DNA from: Octopus vulgaris
Taxonomy: Eukaryota
Direction: 5' to 3'
Assembly (NCBI GenBank): GCA_951406725.2
Contig: OX597817.1
Coordinates: 145,390,001-145,454,000 of the forward strand
Length of the DNA stretch: 64,000 nucleotides
The first letter of the stretch is position 1. Each line of letters opens with the position of its first letter. Of the stretch, positions 14,201 to 27,211 are shown piece by piece. Made by a program: the position numbers and the translations under genes. The notes beneath the pieces were generated by a model. That model was not told where the DNA came from. It did not search any database and worked only from the letters and a program-made list of their open reading frames with translations.

Positions 14201-14431
14201 TTCCGAAAATTTTCACTGAAAATTTTCCCCAAAAAATTTTTCGAAAATTTCACAAAAAAAGTTTTCGAAAATTTTCACTGAAAATTTTACCCAAAAATTT
14301 TCCAAAAATTTTCATCGAAATTTTTCACAAGTTTTCACTGAAAATTTTCCCCAAAAATTTTTCGAAAATTTCACAAAAAAAGTTTTCGAAAATTTTCACT
14401 GAAAATTTTCCCCAAAAATTTTTCGAAAATT
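8230..14431. repeat. 6.2-kb satellite of 10-13-bp AAAATTTT-centred units with a ~1.1-kb higher-order repeat
   Basis: Continuous variants of TTTTCGAAAATTTTCACCGAAAATTTTACCCAAAAA. Landmark AAAATTTTATTCAAAA recurs near 10231, 11341 and 12472; CCGAAAAAGCAAAA recurs near 11293, 12425 and 13731. Confidence 0.95.
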
Positions 14432-14710
14432 TGTCTGTCCTTGTTTATCCCCTCTATGTTTAACCCATTGTGGGCAATAAAGAAATAAGAATTTCATACA
14501 AGCATGCTGTTCCTTTGTTTCAGACATCACAAAAGTCTATGAAAAAGGGAGAAGCACGGCACAGCAATGATACACCACATGGCAATACAACTACACAAGA
14601 TGCAAACTGATGCCTGAGAGTCAGATCAAGTATCTTCTTGCAGCAGAAGCCTAAACTATTATGGCTTTATTTACATTTAATGGATATTTGTCCTCATCTT
14701 GTTTGTTGTT

Positions 14711-14753
14711 AACACGTTTCAGCTGATATACTTTCCAGCCTTCATCAGGTGTC
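14711..14753 (-). ncRNA. Degenerate minimal hammerhead ribozyme (C3-G8 core)
   Basis: Minus strand GACAC-CTGATGA-A-GGCTG-loop-CAGCT-GAAACG-TGTT. The stem III/cleavage region looks shortened. Confidence 0.5.
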
Positions 14754-14803
14754 TTGGGGAAATTTTGAACCTAGGTTCTCATTCCTAAGGTATTTTTTGA
14801 TGC

Positions 14804-14850
<47 letters not shown>

Positions 14851-15705
14851 CCTTCTTTCTTCAAATTTTCATCCGCTTCTCACCGAGTGTTTTCCATACA
14901 CCTAGGGCAGAGAAGCCCATTGTATGCGTTCCCAGATTACACACGCAAATTCACAGGTAAAATATGTATTTTTAAAAAATTTTTAATAAATAGGTGGTGC
15001 TCCAGCATGGCCACAGTCGAATGACTGAAACAAGTAAAAGAATAAAAAAAAGAATAAATAAATAAATTCATGAATGGATGTTGTTTTCACAGCAATAATG
15101 CTCTTCTCAGTGAAAATGCTCTTCATTATCACTCTTATTATTATTATTATTGAGTGAGAGAGCAGTGCATGCCATCAAAGTGACACTGGGGTAAAATATA
15201 CGAAGCCCAGTATACCCATCATGACCTACCCGTCTGATAAGGGTACACTAGGCACATGCATCACAACCATAAGTGCACAACATGGTGATCTCATATCAAG
15301 ATAAACAGCGCATGACCTTGCAGGTGGGGCCCAGTTACAATTTTCTTCTGGTCGAGTAACCCATCCCACTCAAAAGGTCTCTGAATAAGGGTTGTTTAAA
15401 GATGTTGAATGAAACACCCATGTTTCCAGAGGTGAATTATTCAAACCCCAAAGAATCCCTTTCAACACACGGCTATGATGCTCCCCCACTACTTCTGCTC
15501 ATGATCAGAGATGCACATATTGTCAGCCATTAAGGGACATGCTCAGCTGGTTAAGGTCAAGCAACTGACAAGCAAATCTGGGGTATTGAGCAGAATATTT
15601 GCTGTAGCCCATCTTTTATACCAAGACAAAACAATGTACATGATAACACTTCCAATCAGTTAAGATCAGCCATGAGAGCCACTGCCTGGTACAACATCAG
15701 GGCAC

Positions 15706-15792
<87 letters not shown>

Positions 15793-16166
15793 TCACTGCT
15801 AGGAATCGAACTCGGAATCTTGGGGTTAGTAGCCCATGCTCTTAACCACTACACCATATCCTCATCTCTTAAATATAGAACTGTGATAAGAGGCATTCAA
15901 AAACCCCTTCGGCTTTAATCTGGAAACTTAAAGATGAAGGGATCAGTTATGACATCAAATGGAAAATCCTCTTCAGATTCAGACCCCATATTAATGGGTC
16001 TAAAAAATATTCAGTGTGTTCTCTTAAAAACCTTGAGAACCTCTGGCAAATACATATTATGGCTTTGTTCCACAGAGAACGGTTCTGGTTACTTTTGGGT
16101 ACCCTCTCGTATAATGTATGGAAAGTATATATTGTAATTAAATAATCTTAAGTAAAAATGACTAAC

Positions 16167-16393
16167 CTTACATCACCACAACCAAAACCATGACCACTGT
16201 CATGAAGTGAGAAGATGCCTAATATTAAGATGTTTCCTGATACGTACACAAAATTATCATCGTTAAATGATTGACTTTCAGGGCAGGCTTTGGAATATTT
16301 CAAAGTGAGAGTTGAAAATGATGATAGATTATCATTCATCTTTATCGCAGAGGTTTCCAATTGCAAAGTATCATTTGAGAAATATTCACCAAC
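16167..16393 (-). CDS. Coding exon 5 (end of VFT1, linker, start of VFT2)
   Basis: Acceptor atatttcAG, donor AG|GTTAGT, phase 0 to 2. Reads VGEY...GNILILGIFSLH...CGDV(R), the canonical VFT N-terminus (GDxxLGGLFPVH...CG). Confidence 0.88.
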
Positions 16394-18610
16394 CTGAAAT
16401 ATATACAACAAAATTAATGCTAATAACAGTTTCAAGTGATCTTTATAATATATTTGTTTTAGTTGAAAGTTTGTAGCACTGATCGACTTTCATCTCATTT
16501 ATCATCTTATGTATAGACTCAGCTGCAGAAAGATATGGTTTCCACTGTGACTGTAAAAGCAAATCCCATCTAAAAGTTTGGTCATGGAAATGAAAATGAC
16601 CAAAGCAGGACAACGAGGTCTATGCTTTCTTTAGATTTTTGTAGGATGGCAGGCCTTACATATCACTTGGTTTTAAATTGAATATGTGATATTTTGGCAA
16701 AGCTATTTTGGCACAATTTATTTGGCATCACTGATTCAGTGCTGATCTATTCAACATCAGATATTTCAATGCTTTTTCATTCTCTCCCTTTCTGCCCCCC
16801 CCTCTCTCTCTCTCTCTCTCTTCCATCAAATTACATCCTACCATATTAAAAAATGAAAAGGACACATTTGATAAAAATTTGATGAAATAGTCTTCAGAGA
16901 AAAGACAGAATTATCATCACTGGATTGGATACCTTTTATCCATAGAGTCTGCTGGATCAAATGCCCCTCCCCCATCAACTCCTCTTAATGGAGTTGACCT
17001 CAGCACCAGACCACGCAAAGTCTCCAAATTCCATTTCCAAGACCAGCTCAATGCCACACTTCTCCACCAAAGCTCCATTGATCCAAATACCTGGGAGACA
17101 ATCACCAAGGATTTCCCAAAGTGGTGACATGTCATCGTTGAGGGAACAGATCAGATGGGAAATAACAAGCTTTCTGGTACTTGAAACCAGCTAATTGGTT
17201 GGAGCTTTGACAATTCTGTGTTGACCACTCTTGATAGCAAAAGTGCTTAATGTTCAACCCATGTCAACAGGTGACAAATATCATCCACCTATGTACACCC
17301 CCACTACATTCCTCACACAATCAAAGCATTTACCCTCAAAACCCCAAAGATTTACTTGTAGCTATCTAGACACAAAATGCTACTTACAAGAAAAGAAGAG
17401 GTTATACATCATTGCCAAGTAGGAGGCCTTTAACTACCATCACAATGACTCAAGAACAGACAGACACCTTTCTCACTTCTCAAATTGCAGTTGAATTTTT
17501 ACAATTTGTGTGTTCAGTACAAAAATCTTTACTGAAAAATTTCGTTTTTGTCAAGATAGTTCTGAGAGAAATACTCATACTGATAAAGGTATCACATTTA
17601 CCATTTACTTTGCTTCCAACTTCACATCATCAGTAGCAGTATTTTTTACCTGCTTTTTCATGCTGGTATTGGTTGGATGGGGTTTTTTTCCTGAGGCTGA
17701 GTTGCATGGCTGTGTGACTTTCTAACCACTAACTCTTTTTGTTGCCGCATGCAACAGAGACACAGTGTGCCTATCCTAAACCCAGGACACACAAACACAC
17801 AATAATGCTTCTAACTCTACACAGGACACATAAAAAAAAATAGTTCTCTCAGATTCTTCTTCATCATTCCATATGTCTCACTACTTGTTTCAACACCATC
17901 ATCATCATCATCATCATCACCGTTTAACGTCCGCTTTCCATGCTAGCATGGGTTGGACAATTTGACTGAGGGCTGGTGAACCAGATGGCTGCACCAGGCC
18001 TCAATACTTCTTTAATCACCTCAGCCTCAATGTGACTAAATCTCACAAGTTCCTGGCATTATCCTCAAATCTTTTGTTACCTTCAATTGCTCTGTTATCC
18101 TCAAACCTCCCACTACCCTCATTATCTTCAAACTTTCAAATCTTTGCTCATTGGTATATTTTTAGCAAAGTGTACTCTGATCTCTAGTCTTAGGATAACT
18201 TCTTTACAAGTCTCAGAGTTACTGAAAATTATCATGAGCACTGTCATTCTTTAATTAAGTCTGGCCACAATCAAATGACTGGAAAAAAAAAATAAAAGAA
18301 TTATCTAGAAATAGATTTTAGCAGTACCAAAATCTTTGATTCTTCTCACACTACAAGAGAAAACACTCAGCAATGCATTTTATTCCCAAGACCAACAACT
18401 ATATTTAATTTACACACTAACTTTGAGTCAAAGAAGTTTTCTCAGGCTTGCTCCATCTGCTGGAAATTGCAGCCAAATCTTCCCCAAATCATACCCAGCT
18501 ATCTTAAAGAAAAGGACACACTAGGTAATATAGTTTTGAATACCCATAAAGAAGGTATAGGTACAACCTTTGATCAAGGTTAACTTGATGTTAAATAATA
18601 ACATACTAAC

Positions 18611-19336
18611 CTTTTGGAAAATGCTTTGTTTTACTAAATATACATTCAAAGTAGCTGCCACAGAGTTTTCTTTTAAGCCAAGAGCACTTCTAGAAAAACA
18701 ATCTGGAACAATTTGGTCATCAGCAAGAACACTTCTCAGGTTTTGAGGATTCAAGTACGTCGAACATTTCGACATCTTGCATTCCTTTCGTTTAGCAAGG
18801 GCAATGCTATAAACAGACTCCATGATAGCTTTTGTATGAAGTAGCCATTGTCCGTTGTGAGGAATATTTTTTGAATCGACTTTTGTTATATCCAGCATAT
18901 TTCGTATCCATTGATATAACGTATCATTTTGAAATTCAGTTACAGCTTTTATATCCCTCAGATAATCTTTAAATTCCTTGTTGGTAGAGCTCGATGAAGT
19001 TACTACATAGAAACCTTCCATATTAGAATGTTTTGGAAACTCATTTTGTAGTTTCCCAGAAATATCTAAAATTATCCAGGTCATACCTTTGATTTGAAAA
19101 AAGGAATCAATATTTTGTATTTCACCAACATATATCATGCCAGAGGAAAAACTTTCATGAAGAAAAGTTATTTCATCAATTGCATTCTTAGAAAATACTC
19201 TTTTCATTGAAATGCAGATACCATCACTTTTTGCTTTTGCCTCTAATATGTTAGCCATTTCAATTCCATATTCATTATCAGAGTAAATAATTCCAGGGGA
19301 AACCCATTTCAATCTCTTCAAAAGCATTATTGCAGC
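18611..19336 (-). CDS. Coding exon 4 (remainder of VFT1)
   Basis: Acceptor ttttgtttctAG, donor AAG|GTTAGT, 726 nt, phase 0 to 0. Reads AAIMLLKRLKWVSPGIIYSDNEYG...GICI...AIMESVYSIALA...SIFQK. Confidence 0.88.
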
Positions 19337-19807
19337 CTAGAAACAAAAGAAATAAAGATGAAAATGGTTCTTAAGACCTTCTGGTTAAAATTAATATTTC
19401 AGTTTTGATTTTGATTAACATTGTCTAAAGCACAATTCCATCAAATAAACAAAGTTTTGGCACAAGTCATGAATATCTAACAAACGCAAGTAATTCTTGT
19501 ACAAAGAATTTGAGCCCATGACATTCTGTAGTGCTTGAATGAAATAAATATAACAATGCACCTAGGAATGGATGTTGGGGTACCCAGCACAATTAGAAAT
19601 AAAACCTTTCTCTTACTGAAAAACCAACATACCAGACTAGAGATCACACAACCATTGAGTACCTTCTTTACATTAACAAATACGAAGTATACTTGTTTAT
19701 TCTTAACTAAGAATTTCTCAAGAAATTGGCTGGTTAGAAATACGGTACAGTGCCTCAGCATCTTGATATAAACTTATGGCTGAGTAATAAAGAAGTTTAC
19801 TTCATAA

Positions 19808-20281
19808 TATGGCATTTGCCATATTCTGAATGCCTTACTTCTCTGGGCATGGACACATTGAAACTCCGACGTCTGGCAGCTGACTTGGCAGACATCCATA
19901 AAATTATTAACCATCTTACTAACAATAACAATGAGCACCTTTTCAAACTTCACCTGTCTAATACTCGTGGACATGTTTACAAAGTCGGAAAACAGCACAG
20001 CTCCCATGACCTACTGAAACATTTTTTCATGCTAAGAGTTGCTGAAGCATGGAACAAACTGCCGGCATCAGTTGTTAGTTGTCGGAGCACTGCATCCTTC
20101 AAAACTTCCATGCTTCCTGAGATTCGCCAACACTACACCTGACTTTCTCCCCTCCATACACAACGCAAGCATGTATCTGACTCATACACTGTTCACTTCC
20201 CAGACATTTTTACATTACTCCATGTGCTTTATACGCACTTTTCACAAGTTGTGGTGCACCTGAGCACTGTATACAATAATT

Positions 20282-20334
<53 letters not shown>

Positions 20335-20335
20335 A
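19808..20335 (+). mobile_element. CR1/L2-type LINE 3' fragment with (TAT)n tail (related 21425-22130 -, 24450-24625 +, 29606-30248 +)
   Basis: LPYSE.L..LG..TLKLRRL..DL, TRGH..K and FF..RV...WNKLP...VV are typical CR1 ORF2 C-terminal motifs. Confidence 0.8.
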
Positions 20336-21422
20336 TCATTAGGTCTCAGGTTCAGTTCCACTATGTAATACCCTGAGCTAGTGTCTGTTGGATGGACAGA
20401 AACTACATGGTAGCCTAACAGACTGACTATACATGTAACTTGAAAGTCCATCTTCATTACATTAGCATCACAGTGGTTCACCTTGTGAATGATATTAACA
20501 ATGCACGTGTCTTAAATCATTAATTTAACAAATCTGTTGTTTGGCTAATTGAATGCTTATTTTTGAAACCAACATAGGATCCATCATCATCATCATCATC
20601 ATCGTTTAACGTCCGTTTTCCATGCTAGCACGGGTTGGACAGTTCGACCGGGGTCTGAGAAGCCAGGAGGCTGCACCAGGCTCCAGTCTGATCTGGCAGT
20701 GTTTCTACAGCTGGATGCCCTTCTTAATGCCAACCACTCCGTGAGTGTAGTGGGTGCTTTTTACGTGCCACCAGCACAGGTGCCAGGCGAGGCTGTCAGC
20801 GGCCACGATCGGTTGGTGCTTTTTACGTGCCAACAGCACAGAAGCCAGTCAAGGCGACCCTGGCATTGGCCACATTTGGATGGTGCTTTTTATGTGCCAC
20901 CAGCACAGGTATCACAACTACAATTTCCATTTGATATTTGTTTTGATATTGATGTTGATGTACTTGCCTCAATAGGTCTCCTCAAGCACAGCAGGTCATG
21001 TCCCACCAGTACAGAAGCCAGTCCAGGCTGCGCTGGCATCAGCCACGTTTGGATGGTGCTTTTTACATGCCACCGGCACAGGTATCACAACTACAATTTC
21101 CATTTGATATTTATTTTGATGTTGATGTTGATGTATTTGACTCAATAGGTCTCCTCAAGCACAGCAGGTCACCCAACAATCCAAGGTAAGCACAGCAGGT
21201 CGTTCTGCAATCCAAGGTACTTTGGATGGGCTGGGGCTATGCGAAACTATAATAAACTCAAAATACATTTTATCCCAAGTAACACTATCCTCATCCAAAT
21301 TCTCTGTAACTCAGACTACCACTTTCATTATTTATCCAATCAGTTTGAAACCATTGTAAATGCTTTCTCTGGTGCATCTCCTTTGCTCTTACAGCAAATT
21401 ACAATGGTACTGTCACAACGAT

Positions 21423-21463
<41 letters not shown>

Positions 21464-23169
21464 AATTATTGTATACAGTGCTCAGGTGCACCACAACTTG
21501 TCAAAAGTGCATATAAAGTATATGCAGTAATGTACAAAGCATGGAAGTTTTGAAGGATGCAGTGCTCCGACAACTAACAACTGATGCCGGCAGTTTGTTC
21601 CATGCTTCAGCAACTCTTAGCGTGAAAAAATGTTTCAGTAGGTCATGGGAGCTGTGCTGTTTTCCGACTTTGTAAACATGTCCATGGGTGTTAGACAGAT
21701 GGAGTTTGAAAAGGTGCTCAGAATTATTATTTGTAAGATGCTTAATAATTTTATGGGTGTCTACCAAGTCAGCTGCCAGACGTCGGAGTTTCAATGCCAA
21801 GGGAAGTAAGGCATTCAGAATATGGCAAATGCCTGATGGAGGGTATTCTCTTGGTTGCACGTCACTGAACAGCTTCCAGACGATTAATATCCTGGGCAAG
21901 ATAGGGGTTCTAGACCAGTGATGCAAATTCCAGGTGAGGTCGTACCATAGCTATATAAAGCCTCAGATAGATAGCTGGAGAGCAGCTCACAAAGGACTTG
22001 GAGAGTGATGCCAAGACACCCTCAGCCTTCTTGGCAATTTTAGTGATGTGTTTTGTCCAACGCAAATCGCTGTCGACTATAATGCCCAGGTTACGTTCAC
22101 AAGAAAACCTTTTGAGATTAGTGTTGTGGAGAGATTATGCAAATTATGCAGGAAGTTGCATGTAAATCATGTAACAATACCTTGTGGACATTTAATAGTA
22201 ACTTTTATTTCACTGCAAAAGTAATTTTTAGGTTGGTCATGAATTAGAAATCCAACACAATTGAAAGAATAATTCTACAGTATCCATAAATAGTGAATTC
22301 CTGCGTCTCTCTGCAGCTGAATGCCATGTAAAAGCACCAAACACACTTTGTAAAGTGGTTGGTGTTAGGAAGGGCCATAGAAACCATGCCAGAACAGACA
22401 TGGAACCCGGACAGCTCTTCAGTTGGCCAGCTCTTGTCAAACCATCCAACCCATGCCAGCATGGAAAATGGATATTAAATGATAATAATGATGAATTTAA
22501 AAAACCCTGTACATAAGTTCATCAAAAGACAGGAGGAAATATCAAAGCGTTGCTATACTGTGACATTAACATAACAATTTGGCTGCTTGGATCTGAGTAC
22601 CCTTGTTACACCATGCACAACTTGATTAACTCAAAACAAGGGGTCTCTATGTTGCTGCTCCATCTGCTAGAAATAGCAGTCAAATCTCTCTTAAATTAGA
22701 GAATGACATATTGGATTTTGTAGTCTGATATGAATTATGTCTGAAAAGACAGGATGATCAAGGCTTGGATATCTTTAAGTAGAGGTTTCTTCAGCCAGTG
22801 CTGACCCAGGACTAAATAATAACAATTTGGATGATCTGTGCAGTTGCTTGAACTGCTAGGAACAGCAACCAACTCTCCCTTAACCCATTAGCATTCAGAT
22901 TCCTCTGTTAAACGTAATGCTTATTTATTCACATTGTTTTGAATTGTGGCTTCAAGATTTCAATGAAGTGATTGTTAATTTTTAGAATAATATTATATGG
23001 TAAAACCTTTCTCTCACCCTACCCTAACAAACCAATCTACATCTCCACATCTCTTCTCCTCACATTTCCTCCTTCATGCATTATACCTAGCTCTCACTCC
23101 CCAATCCTGTCCTTACAGCCCTCATCCTCTGTATCATTGCTATCTGGTAGCCCTGCCAAATCTATACAT

Positions 23170-23393
23170 AGCTGGCAGAACCGTTAGCACCCCAGGCGAA
23201 ATGCATAGCCGTATTTCGTCTGCCATTACATTCTGAGTTCAAATTCTGCCGAGGTTGACTTTGCCTTTCATCCTTTTGGGGGTCGATAAATTAAGTACCA
23301 GTTATGCACTGGAGTTGATCTAATCGACTTAATCCATTTGTCTGTCCTTGTTTGTCCCTTCTATGTTTAGCCCCTTGTGGGTAATAAAGAAAC
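23170..23393 (+). mobile_element. SINE family B (other copy ~49068-49280; partial tail at 14432-14490)
   Basis: GAGTTCAAATTC B-box-like motif plus GACTTTGCCTTTCATCCTTT..GGTCGATAAATTAAGTACCAG core in several copies. Confidence 0.7.
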
Positions 23394-24630
23394 ACATACT
23401 CCAGGTTTTGGGCACCTACTCCCACCCTTTAATCACATTTCACAATATTCTGCACTTATATTATGGCGTTCAAACCTCAAGTGTATGCCCTGGAACTTGC
23501 CACCATCAATATCTCTCTTCTTTTACTCAACCATCCCATTTATATTCTAATCCCCATTCCTTGTGTGTATGCTTGGCATTTTGCCGCCATCTCTATCCTA
23601 TTGCCTCCCACACTCTCTCTCCTTCTCCTGCACTCCTCTCAGGTTGTGTAACTGTGTATTTCCTTTGCAGTAGCACACCTGTTTCTGCCTTCATTCCTGA
23701 TCTCTCTCTTTCTCCAGCCAGGTAACTATGTACTTCCTCAATAGCAAGACACTTGCATCTGTCTCACTATAACCTTTCATCATCCTACACAAGATCACCT
23801 CCTCCAATGCCTCCTCCCCTCTTGAAAGTTGTTTTTTTCTTTTTGTCTTGCAAGTACTTGGTGACCCTGTCAGTGCAAATGCCACTCAAAAGCACCCAGT
23901 CCACACTGTAAAGTGGTTGGTGTTCAGAAGGGCATTCAGCTGTAAAAACCTTGCCAAAAGTGATCTCGCCTGTGCCTATGTCACGTAAAAGGCACAACTG
24001 CCCCCACCTGTGCTTGTGTCACATAAAAAACACTACTGTTTTCATTTGTGCTTGTGCCATGTAAAAAGCACTACTGTCCTTACCTGTGTTTGTGCTACAT
24101 AAGAAGCACTACCGTCTTCACCTGTGCTTGTGCCATGTAAGAAGCACCTAAGAAGCACTAAGTCCACTCTGCTGAGTGGTTGGTGTTAGGAAGAGCATCC
24201 AGCCATAAAAATCCTGCCAAAACAGTCACAGAAGTCTGGAGCAGGCTTTTGCCTGGCTGGCTCTTGTGAAACCATCCCACTCTTGCTAGCATGGAAGGCA
24301 GACATTAAACGATGATGAGGATGATGGTAGGTATGAGAGGTTGAATCTGGCCAGTTTGAACATAAAACAGGTGGAATATTTTGGCTGGATTTGGCCAGTT
24401 TAACCCAAACCTTAATAGCTTAAGGAAAAAAAAACATTTACATAATAAGAGATTCACCAACACTACACCTGATTTTCTCCCCTCTATACACACGCAAGCA
24501 TGTATCTGACTCATACACTGTTCACTCTCCAGACATTTGTACATTACTGCATATGCTTTATACACACTTTTGACAAGTTGTGGTGCACCTGAGCACTGTA
24601 TGCAATAATTTCATTATTATATTATAATGT

Positions 24631-24940
24631 GTGGAAGCGCAATAGCCCAGTGGTTAGGGCAGCGGACACACGGTCGTAGGATCGTGGTTTTGATACTCAT
24701 ACCAGGCGTTGCGAGTGTTTATTGAGCGAAAACACCTAAAGCTCCATGAGGCTCCAGCAGGGGCTGGTGGCGAACCCTGCTGTACTCTTTCATCACAACT
24801 TTCTCTCACTCTTTCTTCTGTAAGCCTGCTCGCTTAGCCAGCGGGGTGGTGTCATTTGAAGGCTAAAACAATGCAAAGCGCATTGTGACCAGTGATGTGT
24901 AGCAACATCTGATAGCCTGGTCAGTCATGTGATCACGTGA
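24631..24940 (+). mobile_element. tRNA-derived SINE family C with an 11-bp target duplication (others ~25062-25420 and 44503-44790)
   Basis: Head GGAGGCGCAATGGCCCAGTGGTTAGGGCAGCGGAC...GGTTTCGATTCC. TATTATAATGT is repeated at 24620-24630 and 24941-24951. Confidence 0.8.
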
Positions 24941-25586
24941 TATTATAATGTAGTCCTGAGTCCCCTGTGCCTAGGGAGAAAGATGGATTAGCAAGGGTTC
25001 AAATGTCTTTAATTATAGGCTTGCTTGATCAGTGCTGACCTGGACTCAACAGCAACAACAGTGGAGGCGCAATGGCCCAGTGGTTAGGGCAGTGGACTCA
25101 CGGTTGGAGGATCGCGGTTTCGATCCCAGACCGGGCATTATGTGTGTTTATTAAGCAAAAACACCTAAAGCTCCACGAGGCTCAGACAAGGGGGTGGTGG
25201 CGACCCCCTATTGTACTCTTTCACTCCAACTTTCTCTCACTCTTTCTTCCTGTTTCTTGTCCCCACTTCCTACACAACCGCTGAGCCTGGATGCGCATTC
25301 ATCCACCCATCGATGCTCTCGGTGTCATGGGTTGACCTGCTTTCTCTTCTGCGGGTCTTACGAATAGCAAAGGACCACATTTCGGACTTCTCCAACTGGG
25401 ACAAAGACAGCGTCGCTCAACAGCAACAGCAGCAACAGCACAAACAACCTGATTAAACAAATTAAACTTGCAAGGGTTTTAAAACATTTTGTTTATTTGC
25501 ACAAGATGATACTTTATAGAATAGCTTCTTTTTCTTATCAACTTTTTCTGATATCCCCTGAAAATTATAAAATAAATTATAATTAC

Positions 25587-25744
25587 CTTAACTTGAGTTT
25601 CCATGGGTACAGTGAAAGATAAGAAATTCTTATAAGACTGAAATGCTATCTGTTCAATGACAGGGCTAATTACTGGCAATGAAACATATGTGGTTGTTTT
25701 GAGAAGAGATTCAGTCACGGCATAGTCGCCAAGGGAGATAATTG
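25587..25744 (-). CDS. Coding exon 3 (VFT1)
   Basis: Acceptor ttttattcccacAG, donor AAG|GTAATT, phase 1 to 0. Reads (A)IISLGDYAVTESLL...LPVISP...YKNFLSFTVPMETQVK (cf. PQIS...YFxRTVPxDxxQ). Confidence 0.85.
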
Positions 25745-25832
25745 CTGTGGGAATAAAACACACAAAATTCACTCTTTAAACTGAACGTGATAATTTTATT
25801 CTTTTCTTTTTTGTTTTTAGTATTAGATTTTG

Positions 25833-27211
25833 GGGGCTAATACAGTTTTGCACCTCTCCTTAAAAAATGCATTTTTTTAGAAAAATTGTTTTCGGATTCC
25901 TATATTTTAGATTTTTTGCAATCCACCACCACCACCCTTCAATTCCCCACCCACCTATTCCCCACCCCACCTCTACCCCACCTCTACCCCACTCCACCTC
26001 TTCCCCACCCCCAATTTAAATTTTCGATTTTGTTTACTTTAAAGAAATCATAGCTAATTGATGAACATATTGCAAATCAAAATTAAATATAGACAAAAAA
26101 CATTAAAGTGAAAAGAATTAGCGTTTTACTTGTGTTTATAATCGTAAATAATAATTCAATGTAAATTAAATATTCACCATTTTATGAGAAACAAACATTA
26201 ATATTTAATAATTAATGTTATAAAGTTTAATAAGGGGCTCAAATTTCACCCCCTCTCCTAATTTTAAATTTTGAACTTTTTCATTCAGTTATTTATTTGT
26301 CTGTATATCTATTTATCCGTGTCCGTTTATTCATAGATTTTTTCTTTTTTTTTTCTTCTTTTTTTCTACTATAGGCACAAGTATGAAATTTTGGGGGAAG
26401 GGACAAGTCAATTATATCGATCCCAGTACTTATCTGGTACTTAATTTATCGACCCCAAAAGGACGAAAGGCAAAATTGACTTCATTCATCTCTATATATA
26501 TAAACGGCAAAACGTCTGTCTGTGTGTGTGTGTGTGTATCCTTTATACAAATCCACAATTTTTCAGTTAGAGGGCTCGCACTTTCTATGGTCATTGAAAA
26601 CTGTCCAAGGGTGGTCGAGCACATCTTTACATTTCCCCAGTCAACCCGCAAAGCCATTAAAAAATCAAGGAAAGTGACATTTTTGTGAATTTTCTATCCA
26701 AAACCCAATCAAAATGCCCAAAACTTGATACGCCAATTGAATGCCAGCTAGCTGTATGTGATTGGTCGGAGATTTGGACAGTACTCGCCTGTATGTGCGC
26801 ACGCATGCAGCTGTATATGCATGCACTAGCACTATGACCCAGCGTTGCCGGGTCATAGAGCTAGTAAAATATATTTGTCAACTAAGTGTAACGGTCCTAT
26901 AGAAGACAGTGTTACTGTTGTTTTTAGCCCCAGGAAGACATTCACATCTATCTATCTCTTTATACACCTATCTGTATGCTTATTGAATTTAAAATTTTGA
27001 AAACGTTGTTTCTTGCATATCCGGAATCTCCATCATCTAAAACATAGGAAAAAGTTTCAAAAAAGTTCAAAATTTTAAATGGGAGGGCGAGTGGGGTGTT
27101 AAAATATTTGTTTTGCATATTCATAATCTCCGACATCTAAAATGTAGGAATCCGAAAAAAAAATTTTTTTAATGCAATTTTCAAGGAGAGGTACAAAACT
27201 GCATTAGCTCC
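25833..27211. mobile_element. Non-autonomous DNA transposon with ~80-bp TIRs (GG termini, possible 8-bp TSD), containing nested elements
   Basis: GGGGCTAATACAGTTTTGCACCTCTCCTT is inverted as AAGGAGAGGTACAAAACTGCATTAGCTCC. Flanks AGATTTTG/AGACTTAG match at 6 of 8 positions. Confidence 0.7.
26489..26864 (+). mobile_element. Non-autonomous Helitron-like element
   Basis: A|TC start with TATATATATAAA, subterminal hairpin ATGACCCAGC-GTT-GCCGGGTCAT, and CTAG|T end. Confidence 0.7.

Noticed and set aside
8230-14431. CRISPR-like regular repeat
   Set aside because: No unique spacers, no cas genes, and a eukaryotic intronic context.
9235-14463. K/F/E/N-rich ORFs up to 177 aa
   Set aside because: Translations of the satellite, open in several frames on both strands.
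16394-16435. Apparent signal peptide MKLLLALILLYIFQ suggesting a separate gene start for VFT2
   Set aside because: The ORF starts at TTG, not ATG, and the stretch is the intron's T-rich acceptor region ending in TTTCAG, in frame with exon 4.
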